Source: Tepidisphaera sp. (GTDB taxonomy: Bacteria; Planctomycetota; Phycisphaerae; Phycisphaerales; UBA1924). From it: 64,000 bases of DNA. Below the pieces are notes generated by a model. It saw only the letters and a program-made list of their open reading frames with translations. It was not told the origin of the DNA and searched no databases. This document shows positions 37,634 through 47,883 of the stretch, in pieces. The number at the start of each line of letters is the position of its first letter. Position 1 is the stretch's first letter. Made by a program: the position numbers and the translations under genes. The stretch covers positions 1,472,001 to 1,536,000 of the forward strand of contig CP051526.1 in NCBI GenBank assembly GCA_050916045.1. The letters run 5' to 3'.

Positions 37634-38710
37634 TCAGCACGCGGTGGTGGGGACGGGTTCGAGGGAGAGGTCGGCGACTTTGCCCGCTTGCAGGAGGGGG
37701 TACGCGAGGCCGGCGATCATCGCGGCGTTGTCGACGCAGTACTCGAGCTTGGGGATTCGGAGCGTGAGGTTTCGGGCGCGGGCGAACGCGTCGAGCTCGA
37801 GGCGGAGGCGGGAGTTGGCGGTGACTCCGCCGCCGCAGAGGAGGCCGACGGGCTTGGTGCCGCGCGAGGCTCGAAGGTCGAAAGCCCGCTTGAGCTTGAG
37901 GATGACGGCGTCGCACGCGGCTTTCTGGAAGCACGCTGCGAGGTCGGCTTTGCGGGCGTCGGTGAGGGGCGGGGGAGGCGGGTGCGGCGTGTGCTGGCGG
38001 GGGTTGCTTGGGACGCCGCGGACGGCGTAGAGCATGGCGGTCTTGAGGCCGCTGAAGGAGAAATCGAGGGAGGTGGGGGACAAGCGGCTGATGGGGAAGT
38101 CCTCGGCGCGATCGTTCGTGCCGGGCGTGCGGGCGAGCTTGTCGAGGTTGGGGCCGCCGGGGTGCGGCAAGCCGAGGATGACGGCGGCTTTGTCGTAGGC
38201 TTCGCCCATGGCGTCGTCGATGGTGGCGCCGAGGCGTTTGAGGTCGGTCCAGGAGTTCATCGCGTAGATGGAGGTGTGGCCGCCTGAAACGACGAGGCCC
38301 AGAGCGGGAAAAATCTCTTCATCTTGAGAAGAGCCGAGCAGCCCGGAGTACAGGTGGGCGTGGACATGGTCGACGCCGACGAGGGGGACGCCGAGGGACC
38401 AGGAGAGGGCTTTGGCGGCGGCGACGCCGACGAGAAGCGAGCCGATGAGGCCCGGGCGGTGGCCGACGGCGACGGCGTGGATATCCGCGAGAGGCACGCC
38501 GGCCTGCTTGATGGCGGCGAGGACGGCGGGGAGGATGGCTTCCACATGAGCGCGGCTTGCGATCTCGGGGACGACGCCGCCGTATTCGGCGTGGAGGTCG
38601 TGCTGGCTTGCGACGAAAGAGGAGAGGACGGAGGAACCGTTCTCGACGATGCTGGCGGCGGTTTCGTCGCAGCTTGTCTCGATGCCGAGGATCCGGATGC
38701 GCGTCAGCAT
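37634..38710 (-). CDS. tsaD: tRNA N6-adenosine threonylcarbamoyltransferase TsaD
   Basis: ILGIETSCDET, GGVVPEIASRAH, HVHAH, VSGGHT, DFSFSGLKT, CVDNAAMIA. Confidence 0.97.
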   Translation of the reverse strand: MLTRIRILGIETSCDETAASIVENGSSVLSSFVASQHDLHAEYGGVVPEIASRAHVEAILPAVLAAIKQAGVPLADIHAVAVGHRPGLIGSLLVGVAAAKALSWSLGVPLVGVDHVHAHLYSGLLGSSQDEEIFPALGLVVSGGHTSIYAMNSWTDLKRLGATIDDAMGEAYDKAAVILGLPHPGGPNLDKLARTPGTNDRAEDFPISRLSPTSLDFSFSGLKTAMLYAVRGVPSNPRQHTPHPPPPPLTDARKADLAACFQKAACDAVILKLKRAFDLRASRGTKPVGLLCGGGVTANSRLRLELDAFARARNLTLRIPKLEYCVDNAAMIAGLAYPLLQAGKVADLSLEPVPTTAC

Positions 38711-38750
38711 GCCTGCTCCGAAGCAGGCGGAGCGGCCGAGGGCCCCGATG

Positions 38751-40478
38751 TCACTTGACGGCCTCTTCCTTGGCTTTCTTGACGTCGGCGTCGACCAGCC
38801 AGCGTTCGAGGGTGTTGCTGGTGATGTCGAGGGTGGCGACGAGCTTGCCGTCCTTGTCGAAGACCTGCATTTTGCCGCCGGTGAGGTCGATGGTGTCGGC
38901 CCAGAGGTCGCGTCCAGCGGCGGCCTGTTCGACGGTCGCGCCCTTCTCGAGGGCTTCGGCGCGTTTTTCGATGCGGATGAGCTCGCGGGTGAGGCGGTCG
39001 CGTGCTTGCTGAAGCTTGCCGAGCTCGCTTGCGACGACGGCGACGATGGGCGTTGCTTCTCCGCCGGTCTGCTTCCATGAGCCTGAATCGAGCTTGGCCT
39101 GCATGGCACGGACGGCGGCGGTGAGCTGGGCGTCCTTGAAGAACTCGAGGGTGGCGTCGGGGTCGCTCCAGTTGGGGACGGTGCTGCCGCCGGGGTTGTC
39201 GGCGGAGGGTGCGTCGGCGGGGGTGCCTGCGGGCTTGGCGGGCTGGATGATCTCCATCTCGCGGCGGACCTTGAGCATGGCGATGAGCTCTTCGTCGGTC
39301 ATGTCGACGAAGTAGCCCTTGCTCGGATCGACGCCCCATTCGGTCGCGTCGTTCTTGCGGGTGATGCTTCGGCCGGAGGGGAGGTAGTACCCCTGTTCGG
39401 TGACCTTGAGTTCGGCGACTTTCTCGTTGCCTTCTGGGTCCTTGACGACGATGGGGCGCACGCCCTGGACCGAGCCTTTGCCGAAGGTGCGGGTGCCGAC
39501 GGCGATGCCGCGGTTGTTCTCGGTGATCGCTCCGGCGAGGATCTCGCTGGCGCTGGCGGAGTTGCCGTTGATGAGCACGGCGACGGGGAAGTTGGGGAGG
39601 GTGCCTTCCTTGCGGGCTTTCTCGATGCGTTCGGGGTACTTCCGCCCGCGGGTTGAGACGATGGTGCCTTCGTCGAGGAAGAGATCGGCGATGGAGATGG
39701 CTTCGGTGAGCAGGCCGCCGGGGTTCCAGCGGAGGTCGATGATGACGCCCTTGACCTTGCCCTCGGCCGCGCCGGCGGCGAGCAGGGCTTCGGCGAATTC
39801 GCGGGTGCAGCCCGGGGTGAACTGGGTCAGGCGGAGGTACGCGATGCCGCGTTTCTCATCGACGAGGTAGTTCCACTTGCTGCGGTCGGCTTCTTGGCGG
39901 TGCACGCCCTTGACCGACCGGGTCTTGATCTTCTGCCGCGTGACTTCCATCGGGATCTTCGTGCCCTTGCGCTCGAGCACGATGTTGACCTTGGTGCCTT
40001 CCTTGCCCATGAGCAGGTCGATGCACTGGTCGACGGCGAGGCCCAGGGTGCTCTTGCCCTCGATCTCGACGACCTTGTCCTCGGCCATGATGCCCATGCG
40101 CATCGCGGGGGAGTCTTCGAGCGGGGAGACGATCTGGAGATAGCCGTCGGAGGAGATCTGGACGGAGGCTCCGATGCCGGAGTACTCGCCGGTGAGGTCC
40201 TTGTCGAAGTCCTCGGTGTCGGCGGGGGGGACGTAGATGGTGTAGGGGTCGTCGAGCGCGTCGATCATGCCCTTGATCGCTCCCTCCTGCATCTTGCGGA
40301 GCTTGTCGGGGGAGATCTCGTCGACGTAGGTGCTTGTGATGCTGTTCTTGACGTCGATCAGCGGGTCGAGGAAGGTGTAGTCGGAACCCTTGCGGACGAG
40401 GGCGAGGGTGCTTCCGAAGACGGCGACGCCGAGGAGCGCGACGAGGGAAGCTTCGAAAACGAGACGGCCTTTAGGCAT
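38751..40478 (-). CDS. ctpA: Carboxyl-terminal processing protease (S41, PDZ domain)
   Basis: LDDPYT, YSGIGASV (PDZ), IDLRWNPGG, SASASEILAG, TFGKGSVQ. Confidence 0.92.
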   Translation of the reverse strand: MPKGRLVFEASLVALLGVAVFGSTLALVRKGSDYTFLDPLIDVKNSITSTYVDEISPDKLRKMQEGAIKGMIDALDDPYTIYVPPADTEDFDKDLTGEYSGIGASVQISSDGYLQIVSPLEDSPAMRMGIMAEDKVVEIEGKSTLGLAVDQCIDLLMGKEGTKVNIVLERKGTKIPMEVTRQKIKTRSVKGVHRQEADRSKWNYLVDEKRGIAYLRLTQFTPGCTREFAEALLAAGAAEGKVKGVIIDLRWNPGGLLTEAISIADLFLDEGTIVSTRGRKYPERIEKARKEGTLPNFPVAVLINGNSASASEILAGAITENNRGIAVGTRTFGKGSVQGVRPIVVKDPEGNEKVAELKVTEQGYYLPSGRSITRKNDATEWGVDPSKGYFVDMTDEELIAMLKVRREMEIIQPAKPAGTPADAPSADNPGGSTVPNWSDPDATLEFFKDAQLTAAVRAMQAKLDSGSWKQTGGEATPIVAVVASELGKLQQARDRLTRELIRIEKRAEALEKGATVEQAAAGRDLWADTIDLTGGKMQVFDKDGKLVATLDITSNTLERWLVDADVKKAKEEAVK

Positions 40479-40583
40479 GAATGAGACTCCCGGTTCGGTG
40501 AATGGTACGGCCGGAGGGGGCTTGTGGTTGCCGAAACGGTCCCGAACGGGAGCGTGCCGCCGGGCGGGTGGCCGCCGCTGGGC

Positions 40584-41468
40584 TCAGCGTTTGGGCTTCC
40601 ACGGTCCGGGGGGGGCGTCTGGGGCGTGAAGCCCGTCCTTTCGCCCGAGAACGAAGATCGTGTAACCCGGGCAGGCGGGCGGAAGCCGCGTGCCGCGTTC
40701 GTCGCAGGTGGCCAGTTCGCGGAGCGGGGAGCGATCGATCGCGGCACGCCATTGGTCAAGGTCGTAGCAGCGGAGGCCGTAGGTGGCCGTGCGCGTTGAG
40801 AGGTCCTTCCCGCGCGTGATGGTCAGGTGGCTGAAGACGCGTTCGACGCGGGCGGCTTTGGAGCGGCTCTTGGGCGGAGCGGTGGGGGGTTCGAACTGCA
40901 CGACCTGGTGGACGCGTGTGGTGCCGCGCTTGCCGTGCCAGACGTCCTCGGTCGGCGATTCGAGTCCGTACTCGGAGAGGGAGATGCCCACGGCGTACAC
41001 CCCGCCCTTGTGGAGCACGGCCGCGATGTCGCGGAAGTGCGACGCGAGGGCCGCGTCGGTGTCGAGGTGGCGGATGGAGTTGATCAGGTTGAAAGCGAGC
41101 GAGACCGAGCCGGGCTTGACGAAGGTCGCAAAGTCCGCCATGTCGCCGACGAAGAGGGATGCTCTGCGCGAGACGCCGGTTTGCTTGAACCGGGCTTTCG
41201 CGTAGTCGATCATGCCCGAGGCGAGGTCGAAACCGATGACCTTGCGTCCGCCCTCGCCGGCGATGTCGGTCGAAGCCGCCGCGAGGAGGTACCGCGCCGA
41301 GCCGCAAGCGGGCTCGAGCCACGCGAGCGTGCGCGGTGCTTTCGAATAGAGCTTCTCGATCCTCGCGAGGCCGCGAACATCCTTGGAGGTTCCTGGCGCG
41401 TGGAGGATGTCGTAGATCTCGGCGTCTTCGTAGAGCGTGTTGGTGACGGCGTGGTCTTGCGTGGGCAC
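40584..41468 (-). CDS. Class I SAM-dependent methyltransferase
   Basis: WLEPACGSAR, IGFDLASGM, FVGDMADF, LHKGGVYAVG; start codon uncertain. Confidence 0.88.
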   Translation of the reverse strand: MPTQDHAVTNTLYEDAEIYDILHAPGTSKDVRGLARIEKLYSKAPRTLAWLEPACGSARYLLAAASTDIAGEGGRKVIGFDLASGMIDYAKARFKQTGVSRRASLFVGDMADFATFVKPGSVSLAFNLINSIRHLDTDAALASHFRDIAAVLHKGGVYAVGISLSEYGLESPTEDVWHGKRGTTRVHQVVQFEPPTAPPKSRSKAARVERVFSHLTITRGKDLSTRTATYGLRCYDLDQWRAAIDRSPLRELATCDERGTRLPPACPGYTIFVLGRKDGLHAPDAPPGPWKPKR

Positions 41469-41485
41469 GGAGCGAGGATAGGAGC

Positions 41486-44400
41486 TCAGGTCCCGGGCTT
41501 GTCGAATCGCTGGGTCGCGCGGCGCTTGGCGGCGAGCAAGCCGGACTCGGGCTCGTCGCTCGCGGGTTTGGCACGGGCGTCGCGAGCGGACGCATCGGAC
41601 GGCGGGATGGGCGGCGAGACGGGCGGCGGAACGGCGGGGGCGCTCGGCGAACGCGGGGAGGGTTCGGGCGCGGCGACGGCGGCCATGTTTCGCGCGCGGC
41701 GTTCGTCGCGAGCCGCTTTGGCGAGCTTGGCGGCGTCGCTCGCGGTGAGGACGGGGGGCTGGTAGCCGAGCGTGGAGGAGGGCTCGGGCTCGCCGGCACC
41801 CTTTCGGAGGGCTTCGAGCGTGGCGGCGGCCTGCGTGCCGCGTTCGCGGACGGCCTGGGCCGCCATCGTGCGGAGCGAACCCTGGGACGTCAGCCGGTCC
41901 CACGCGATCCGCCGGGTGGCGAGGTCCAGAAGCAGCAGCACCAGCGTCCAGGCGAGCATTGGCTTCCACACGGGGCTGAGCACTTCGAGCGGCTTGATCC
42001 CGCCTCGGTCGAAGAACTCGGCATCCTGCGGGCGATCCAAAGCCAGCACGCGGCCGCCTGTTTCCGAAGCGATCTGCTTGAGAAGTTCGGCGTTGCTGCG
42101 AAGCTGTCTGTACTCGACGCCGCCGCGCGAACTGACACCCGCGATGACGGGGGGCAGGCGGCGTTCGGTCGCGCTCGCGGTGGCCGGGCCCTTCGGGCGG
42201 AGAAGGGTTATGTATGTCCCCGCTTCCTCGGCCGGGATGGTTCCCTCGTAGACCCCGGGGCCGGTCTGCGCGAGCTTCATGTCGCGGGCGACGCCGGTGG
42301 GGGAGTAGACGGTGACCGGGACCTCGAGGCCATCCATCGGCGTTCGGCTTGCTTCGGCGGAGGAGCCCGCCGCGAACGCTTCGAGACGCACGTTCAGCAC
42401 CCCGTCGCTGGCAACCGCTCGCGCATCGAGCCCCGAGCCCGACAGCTCCGCCCGCGACGTCAGCCGGGCCGCTTGGAGCCAGAACGCCCGGTAGGACGGT
42501 GTCTTAAGCCACGCAGAAGCCCAGCGGCTCGCGTCCGAGGTGAACGCGGTGACCCGGCCGAGCTCAACCTGCCAGTGGGCGAGCACGGGCTCGGCGTCGC
42601 CGGTGTCTCTCGGGTTGACGAGTGCGTTGGTCACCGTCGGCTCGGAGCGCATGCGCGTCAGCGTCAGGCCGCCGAGTTCGCCGATGGATCCGACGCCGGC
42701 GAGAAGCGGGGAGCCGAGCTGTCCGATCCGCGGCGAGAACGGTTCCTCGCGGATCATCGGGCTCCGTACGACGCGCACGGCTTTGAGGAAGATCTTGGGG
42801 AGCACATCGGGATTGATGACGTTGTAGTGGACGCCGCCGCCGCGTTCGGCCATGCGGGCGAGCGTTTCGGGGTCGCCCCGGTCGCCCACCGAGATCGTCG
42901 ACATCGTGATGTCGCCGCCTTCGGGCGTCTTGAGCACCGCCGCCAAGCCGGGCAGTTCGTCGGCGTCGGAGCTTCGGCCGTCGGACATCACAAGGATGTG
43001 CTTGCTCTTGGCTTTGATCTTGGAAAGCTGCTCGGCGGCTTCGCGGATCGCGGGGCCGGCGCGTGTGCCGCCGCCGGAGCCGATGCGACGGACGAGGGCG
43101 GCGGTCTCCTCGGCGTTTGAGTTTGGCCCGACGGGGACGAGCACGTCGTAGGTCTCGTTGAAGGTCGTCACGCCGACGAGGTCGTTCTTGTCCAGGCTGC
43201 GGATCGCCAGAGCCGCGGCTTCATTGGCGATTTCCTGCTGTGACCGCATCGACCCCATGACGCGGAAGTTCATCGATCCGGAGTTGTCGAGCACGAAAGC
43301 GATGGCGACCTCTGGCACGACGAGCTTGTCGGGGAGGTCCAGGTGAACCGGCAGGATGGGTTCGACCGGGCTGCCGCGCCACCCGCCGGCGCCGAAGCTC
43401 TGCGGCCCGCCGACCATCATGAGGCCGCCGCCCAGATCCTTCACGTACGACACCAGCAGCGACTGCTGCTCGGCAGGAATGTTCTCCGAAGGCACGTTCT
43501 CGAGAACCACCAGGTCGAACCCGCCGAGTTGAAGCAGGTCCTGCGGGAACGACTCCGCCCGGCGCGTGTCGACGAGGAAGCCGCCCTCGCGGAGCGTCGA
43601 TGAAAGCGTCGTCCCCGCTCCGTCGTTCACGCCGTCGATCACCAGGACCGTGCCGCGGCCGGGCGTGATGGTGAAGCCCTCGCCGGTGTTGTTGCGAGCA
43701 AGCGTGTCGCCGCTGAACGCGCCGCTTTCGACGTCGGGCTCGAAGATGGCTTTGAACCGGTGGACGCGTCCTTCGCCAAGGGGCACCTCGAGCGGGATGA
43801 CGTTGGAGCCGGCCTGGAGGGTGACACGGAGGCCATCTCCCTCCGCGGCGCCGTTGAGGTCGATGGTGCGCTGGTCATCGAGGAGGCGGAGCGTACCCGT
43901 GGCCGGCCCGGTCGAGGTCAGGGAGACGCGTACGCTCGCGGTCGCGCCCGCCGCCGCGCGCGGCGGGGCATCCACGGAGTCGACGTACACCTCGCGGGTG
44001 ATCTCGTACTCGATGGGGAGCACCGAGATCGGCACCACACCGCGGCCGCCGGCGGCGCGATCGTCGTCCGCATCCTCGCTCGCGGGTCCTCGACTGACCG
44101 ACTGCCGCGCCGCGGCGAGCGCGTCGCCGGCCGTCTGGACGCCGTCGGAGACGAGGATGATCCTCCCGGCGGCGTCGGGGGGCATCATCGCTCGCGACAG
44201 GCGGAGGGCCTGCTCGATGTTCGTCCCTTCGCCCAGCGGGAGGTCTACCGGCCAGTCGATCATCCCCGAGCCTTCAAGCCCGGCCCGCGTGGGACTTACG
44301 ACCACCGCCGCTTGCCCGGCGAACGCGACGATCCCGATCGAGTCGTCGGGCCCGGCTTTGGAAGCCGCTTCGCGGACGAATTTCCGGACCATGTCCATCG

Positions 44401-44731
44401 CGGGCCGCTGGGACCACGCTTCCAGCCAAGCGGCCCTCTCCTCCGGCGTGGCGGATTCGGAAAGCCCGCCGCGTGTGAGCGCCCCTCCGGGGCGATCCAT
44501 CGATCCGGAGATGTCCACCGCGATCACGGCTGTGAATTTGTCCGTTCGCGTCACCGCGCTCGCGCCGGCGAGCAGGAGCACGATCATCGCGAAGAGGAAG
44601 AACCGAAGCAGGATCGCCGACCAGCGCCGGACCGAGCCCATCGCGGAAAACCAAGCGAATCCGAGCAGCACGACGGGCACGAGCACGATCGCCGCGTAAA
44701 GCCACTGAGGATTGCTGAGGCGAAACTCCAC
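41486..44731 (-). CDS. Membrane protein with two vWA domains and a GATase1-like domain
   Basis: N-terminal TM pair; VDISGSM and LDNSGSM MIDAS motifs; LVSDG / MSDG; GGGLMMVGGPQSFGAGGW..ILPV; C-terminal TM. Confidence 0.88.
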   Translation of the reverse strand: MEFRLSNPQWLYAAIVLVPVVLLGFAWFSAMGSVRRWSAILLRFFLFAMIVLLLAGASAVTRTDKFTAVIAVDISGSMDRPGGALTRGGLSESATPEERAAWLEAWSQRPAMDMVRKFVREAASKAGPDDSIGIVAFAGQAAVVVSPTRAGLEGSGMIDWPVDLPLGEGTNIEQALRLSRAMMPPDAAGRIILVSDGVQTAGDALAAARQSVSRGPASEDADDDRAAGGRGVVPISVLPIEYEITREVYVDSVDAPPRAAAGATASVRVSLTSTGPATGTLRLLDDQRTIDLNGAAEGDGLRVTLQAGSNVIPLEVPLGEGRVHRFKAIFEPDVESGAFSGDTLARNNTGEGFTITPGRGTVLVIDGVNDGAGTTLSSTLREGGFLVDTRRAESFPQDLLQLGGFDLVVLENVPSENIPAEQQSLLVSYVKDLGGGLMMVGGPQSFGAGGWRGSPVEPILPVHLDLPDKLVVPEVAIAFVLDNSGSMNFRVMGSMRSQQEIANEAAALAIRSLDKNDLVGVTTFNETYDVLVPVGPNSNAEETAALVRRIGSGGGTRAGPAIREAAEQLSKIKAKSKHILVMSDGRSSDADELPGLAAVLKTPEGGDITMSTISVGDRGDPETLARMAERGGGVHYNVINPDVLPKIFLKAVRVVRSPMIREEPFSPRIGQLGSPLLAGVGSIGELGGLTLTRMRSEPTVTNALVNPRDTGDAEPVLAHWQVELGRVTAFTSDASRWASAWLKTPSYRAFWLQAARLTSRAELSGSGLDARAVASDGVLNVRLEAFAAGSSAEASRTPMDGLEVPVTVYSPTGVARDMKLAQTGPGVYEGTIPAEEAGTYITLLRPKGPATASATERRLPPVIAGVSSRGGVEYRQLRSNAELLKQIASETGGRVLALDRPQDAEFFDRGGIKPLEVLSPVWKPMLAWTLVLLLLDLATRRIAWDRLTSQGSLRTMAAQAVRERGTQAAATLEALRKGAGEPEPSSTLGYQPPVLTASDAAKLAKAARDERRARNMAAVAAPEPSPRSPSAPAVPPPVSPPIPPSDASARDARAKPASDEPESGLLAAKRRATQRFDKPGT

Positions 44732-44816
44732 GCGGTATGGTACCGCTCGCCGGCGTGAAGGAGTTTTTATCCGATCGATGTCGAACTTTCGCTGAGGCTC
44801 GCGTTTATACTGTGCG

Positions 44817-46697
44817 ATGCCGGACCAAATGATGCTCACCTTGGCCGCGGGAGTCGAGAACCTCCCGCTCTTGACCACCATCGCTGCGGGGTTCGCCGCC
44901 GCGTGGGTGCTCGGGCTGATCACGCATCGCATCGGCCTCTCCCCGATCGTCGGGTACTTGCTGGCGGGGGTGGTGATCGGTCCCAAGACGCCCGGGTTCG
45001 CCGGGGACATCCACATCGCCGAGCAGCTCGCCGAGGTGGGCGTGATTCTGCTGATGTTCGGCGTCGGGCTTCACTTTAAGCTCAAGGACCTGCTCGCCGT
45101 CAAGGGCGTGGCCGTTCCGGGCGCGATCGGGCAGAGCTTGTTCGCGACCCTCGCGACGGTCGCGATCTTCATGGCGTTTGGATGGACGTTCAAAGCCGGC
45201 GTCGTGCTCGGCATGGCGATGGCCGTCGCGAGCACGGTCGTGCTCCTTCGAGTACTGATGGACCGGAGCATGCTCAACACGACCCACGGTCACGTCGCCG
45301 TCGGCTGGCTGATCGTCGAGGACATCCTCACCGTCTTCGCCCTGGTCCTGGTGCCGATGTTCGCGGTCCAAAGCACGAACGACGGCACGACCAATGCGGC
45401 GGACGGGGCCGCCGCGACGCAGGCGGCGGGCTCCATGTCCGGGCTTGCCACGTTCGGCTGGGCGGTGCTCAAGCTCATCGCCCTGGTCGCCATCGTTTTC
45501 CTCGCGGGGTCGCGGGTCGTGCCGTGGCTTCTCGCGAGAATCGCCAAGCTCCGTTCCCCGGAGCTCTTTACGCTCACGGTGCTGGTCCTGTCGGTCACGA
45601 TCGCGGTCGGGTCTGCCGCTTTCTTCGGGGCTTCGGTCGCGCTGGGCGCGTTCCTCGCCGGGATGGTCGTGGCTCAGTCGCCGGTCAGTCATCAAGCCGC
45701 GGCAGATGCTCTGCCGATGCGTGATGCGTTCGCCGTGCTCTTCTTCGTCTCTGTCGGGATGCTCTTTGATCCGTCCTTTGTGGTTCAGGAGCCGCTTCTC
45801 GTCCTCGCGGGCGTGGTGGTGGTGCTGATTGTCAAGCCGTTGGCGGCCCTCGTGATCGTGGCGATCCGCGGCTATCCCGCCCGCACCGCCCTCACCGTCG
45901 CGATCGGCCTCTCCCAGATCGGCGAGTTTTCGTTCATTCTCGGGAAAGCGGCTCTGGTGAGCAACCTGATGCCCGAAGAGGGCCTTCAGGTCCTGGTCGC
46001 GACCGCGATGATCTCGATCACCCTCAACCCGCTTCTCTTCGGGGCTTTGCCTCGCATCGAGGGCTGGATTCAGCGCGTCCCCTGGCTCTGGCGGGTGCTC
46101 AACGCGCGGCACGACGCCCGCATCAAGTCCATCAACGCCGACTCGCAGGCCAAAGCCGCGGCGTCCGACCATCCCCTCGCGATCATCGTCGGGTACGGCC
46201 CCGTCGGCCGCGTGGTCGATGCTCTCCTCCGCGACGCCAAGATCGAGACCGTCGTGATCGACATGAACATCGACACGATCCATGCGCTCACCGCCGCGGG
46301 ACGCATCGCGATCTTCGGCGACGCCGCTCGCCACGAGATTCTCGAGCAGGCCGGGATCCACAAAGCAAAGCACCTGATCGTCACGCTGCCGCACGCGGAG
46401 GGCCGGGTCCCGCTCGTCATGGCCGCCCGCGAACTCAATCCCTCCATCGAGATCACCGTCCGGGCACGCTACCTCGCCGAGCGGGAGGTCCTCGAGAACG
46501 CCGGTGCCGCGGGGATCGTCTATGAAGAGGGCGAAGCCGGTGTCGCTCTCGCCCGGTACGTGCTCGAACGTCGCGGCATCGAGCCGCAGAAGGTCGAAAA
46601 GCTCCTCGTCGCCATCCGAAACCTCTGGCGCATGACCACCCCGCCAGCCGACAGCGGCAAGCCTACAACCACGCTGCCGCCGTCCGAGAGCGCTTGA
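44817..46697 (+). CDS. ybaL: CPA2 cation:proton antiporter with a KTN/RCK domain (YbaL-like)
   Basis: LAEVGVILLMFGVGLHF, GWLIVED, LPMRDAFAVLFFVSVGMLFDP, IIVGYGPVG. Confidence 0.9.
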   Translation: MPDQMMLTLAAGVENLPLLTTIAAGFAAAWVLGLITHRIGLSPIVGYLLAGVVIGPKTPGFAGDIHIAEQLAEVGVILLMFGVGLHFKLKDLLAVKGVAVPGAIGQSLFATLATVAIFMAFGWTFKAGVVLGMAMAVASTVVLLRVLMDRSMLNTTHGHVAVGWLIVEDILTVFALVLVPMFAVQSTNDGTTNAADGAAATQAAGSMSGLATFGWAVLKLIALVAIVFLAGSRVVPWLLARIAKLRSPELFTLTVLVLSVTIAVGSAAFFGASVALGAFLAGMVVAQSPVSHQAAADALPMRDAFAVLFFVSVGMLFDPSFVVQEPLLVLAGVVVVLIVKPLAALVIVAIRGYPARTALTVAIGLSQIGEFSFILGKAALVSNLMPEEGLQVLVATAMISITLNPLLFGALPRIEGWIQRVPWLWRVLNARHDARIKSINADSQAKAAASDHPLAIIVGYGPVGRVVDALLRDAKIETVVIDMNIDTIHALTAAGRIAIFGDAARHEILEQAGIHKAKHLIVTLPHAEGRVPLVMAARELNPSIEITVRARYLAEREVLENAGAAGIVYEEGEAGVALARYVLERRGIEPQKVEKLLVAIRNLWRMTTPPADSGKPTTTLPPSESA

Positions 46698-46752
46698 CGC
46701 CCGACCTCCCCGGCTCGGGCAAGCGTCGCTCGTGCGGCAACAGGAGCCGTCC

Positions 46753-47157
46753 ATGCCAAGCCCTCAGGTCGAGCTGATTCGCGGGATCTACGACGCTTTC
46801 GCCAAGGGCGATGTCGGCGGCGTGCTCGGAAGCATGAGCCCCTCCATCATCTGGAACGAAGCCGAGAACTTCCCCTACGCCGACGGCAACCCGTACATCG
46901 GGCCGCAAGCCGTCGCGGCCGGCGTCTTCTCGCGCTGCGCGACCGAGTGGGACGGATTCGCGGTCGAGGTCGAGGAATTGATCGATGGCGGCACCACCGT
47001 CGTCGCTCTTGTCCGCTATCTCGGGAAGTACAAAGCCACCGGCCGGGCCCAGCGCACGCAGGCGGTGCACGTCTGGCGGATCGAGGGTGGCAAGGTCACG
47101 CGATTCCAGCAGTACGCGGACACGCTGCAGGTCGCGAAGGTGATCGGCTCGCGCTGA
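46753..47157 (+). CDS. NTF2/SnoaL-like protein
   Basis: AGGAG RBS; YDAFAKGDV..IIWNEAE, HVWRIEGGKVTRFQQYADT. Confidence 0.9.
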   Translation: MPSPQVELIRGIYDAFAKGDVGGVLGSMSPSIIWNEAENFPYADGNPYIGPQAVAAGVFSRCATEWDGFAVEVEELIDGGTTVVALVRYLGKYKATGRAQRTQAVHVWRIEGGKVTRFQQYADTLQVAKVIGSR

Positions 47158-47205
47158 GGACCGCGTCGGCACCCCGCGGCGAAGGCGACGCGGAGTCTGG
47201 CCGGG

Positions 47206-47733
47206 TCACTTGCCGCCGGTGCCGGGCTTGGGCACATGCTGATCGAACAGGATGGGATTGCCGTCCGGATCGTTGATGACAAAGCTCGCCGGGCCGGTCG
47301 AGTTGGCGTCGGCTTCGAGCGCGAAAGCGATGCCCTTGGCTTTCAGCCGGGCTTGCAACTCGCGGATGTCTTCGAATTTCTCGAGCGGGGTCGCGGCGCT
47401 CGTCCAGCCGGGGTTGAAGGTGAGCATGTTCTTCGGGAACATCCCTTGGAAGAGACCGATATTCGTCGTGCCGTTCTGCATCACCAGCCAGTTTTGCTTC
47501 TGATCGCCGCCGACGACCGTGAACCCGAGGGCTTCGTAGAACGCCCGTGAAGCGGCGATGTCCTTCACCGTGAGGCTGATGGAAAAGTTGCCGTGCGAAC
47601 TGACGACGGCGGCATTCCGCGCCGGGGATTCGGACTTGCCGCTCGTGTGGTCCTTGGTGGACGCACACCCGCCCGCGAGCATCCCCGCGAGCATGAACAC
47701 CGAAACGCCGATCCGCCCGAGATTCATCGTCAT
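47206..47733 (-). CDS. VOC/glyoxalase family protein with a lipoprotein-like N-terminus
   Basis: LAGGC lipobox; FSISLTVKDIAASRAFYEALGF, IGLFQGMF, DPDGNPILFDQH. Confidence 0.88.
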   Translation of the reverse strand: MTMNLGRIGVSVFMLAGMLAGGCASTKDHTSGKSESPARNAAVVSSHGNFSISLTVKDIAASRAFYEALGFTVVGGDQKQNWLVMQNGTTNIGLFQGMFPKNMLTFNPGWTSAATPLEKFEDIRELQARLKAKGIAFALEADANSTGPASFVINDPDGNPILFDQHVPKPGTGGK

Positions 47734-47883
47734 CGCCAGTCCTCCGTGTCCGGGGCCGCGTGGCTCTCACCGGCCCGGACGCCGACGAGCATACCACAAA
47801 CAAGGGCAAGCGTTAGCCTGTCGGCCGGTGCCAGTCGCACTGGGAGCGTCGGCACCGTGGTCAGTCCGACGTGGAGACCCTTC

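Noticed and set aside
44805..46754. 649-aa minus-strand ORF
   Set aside because: Shadow of the CPA2 antiporter.
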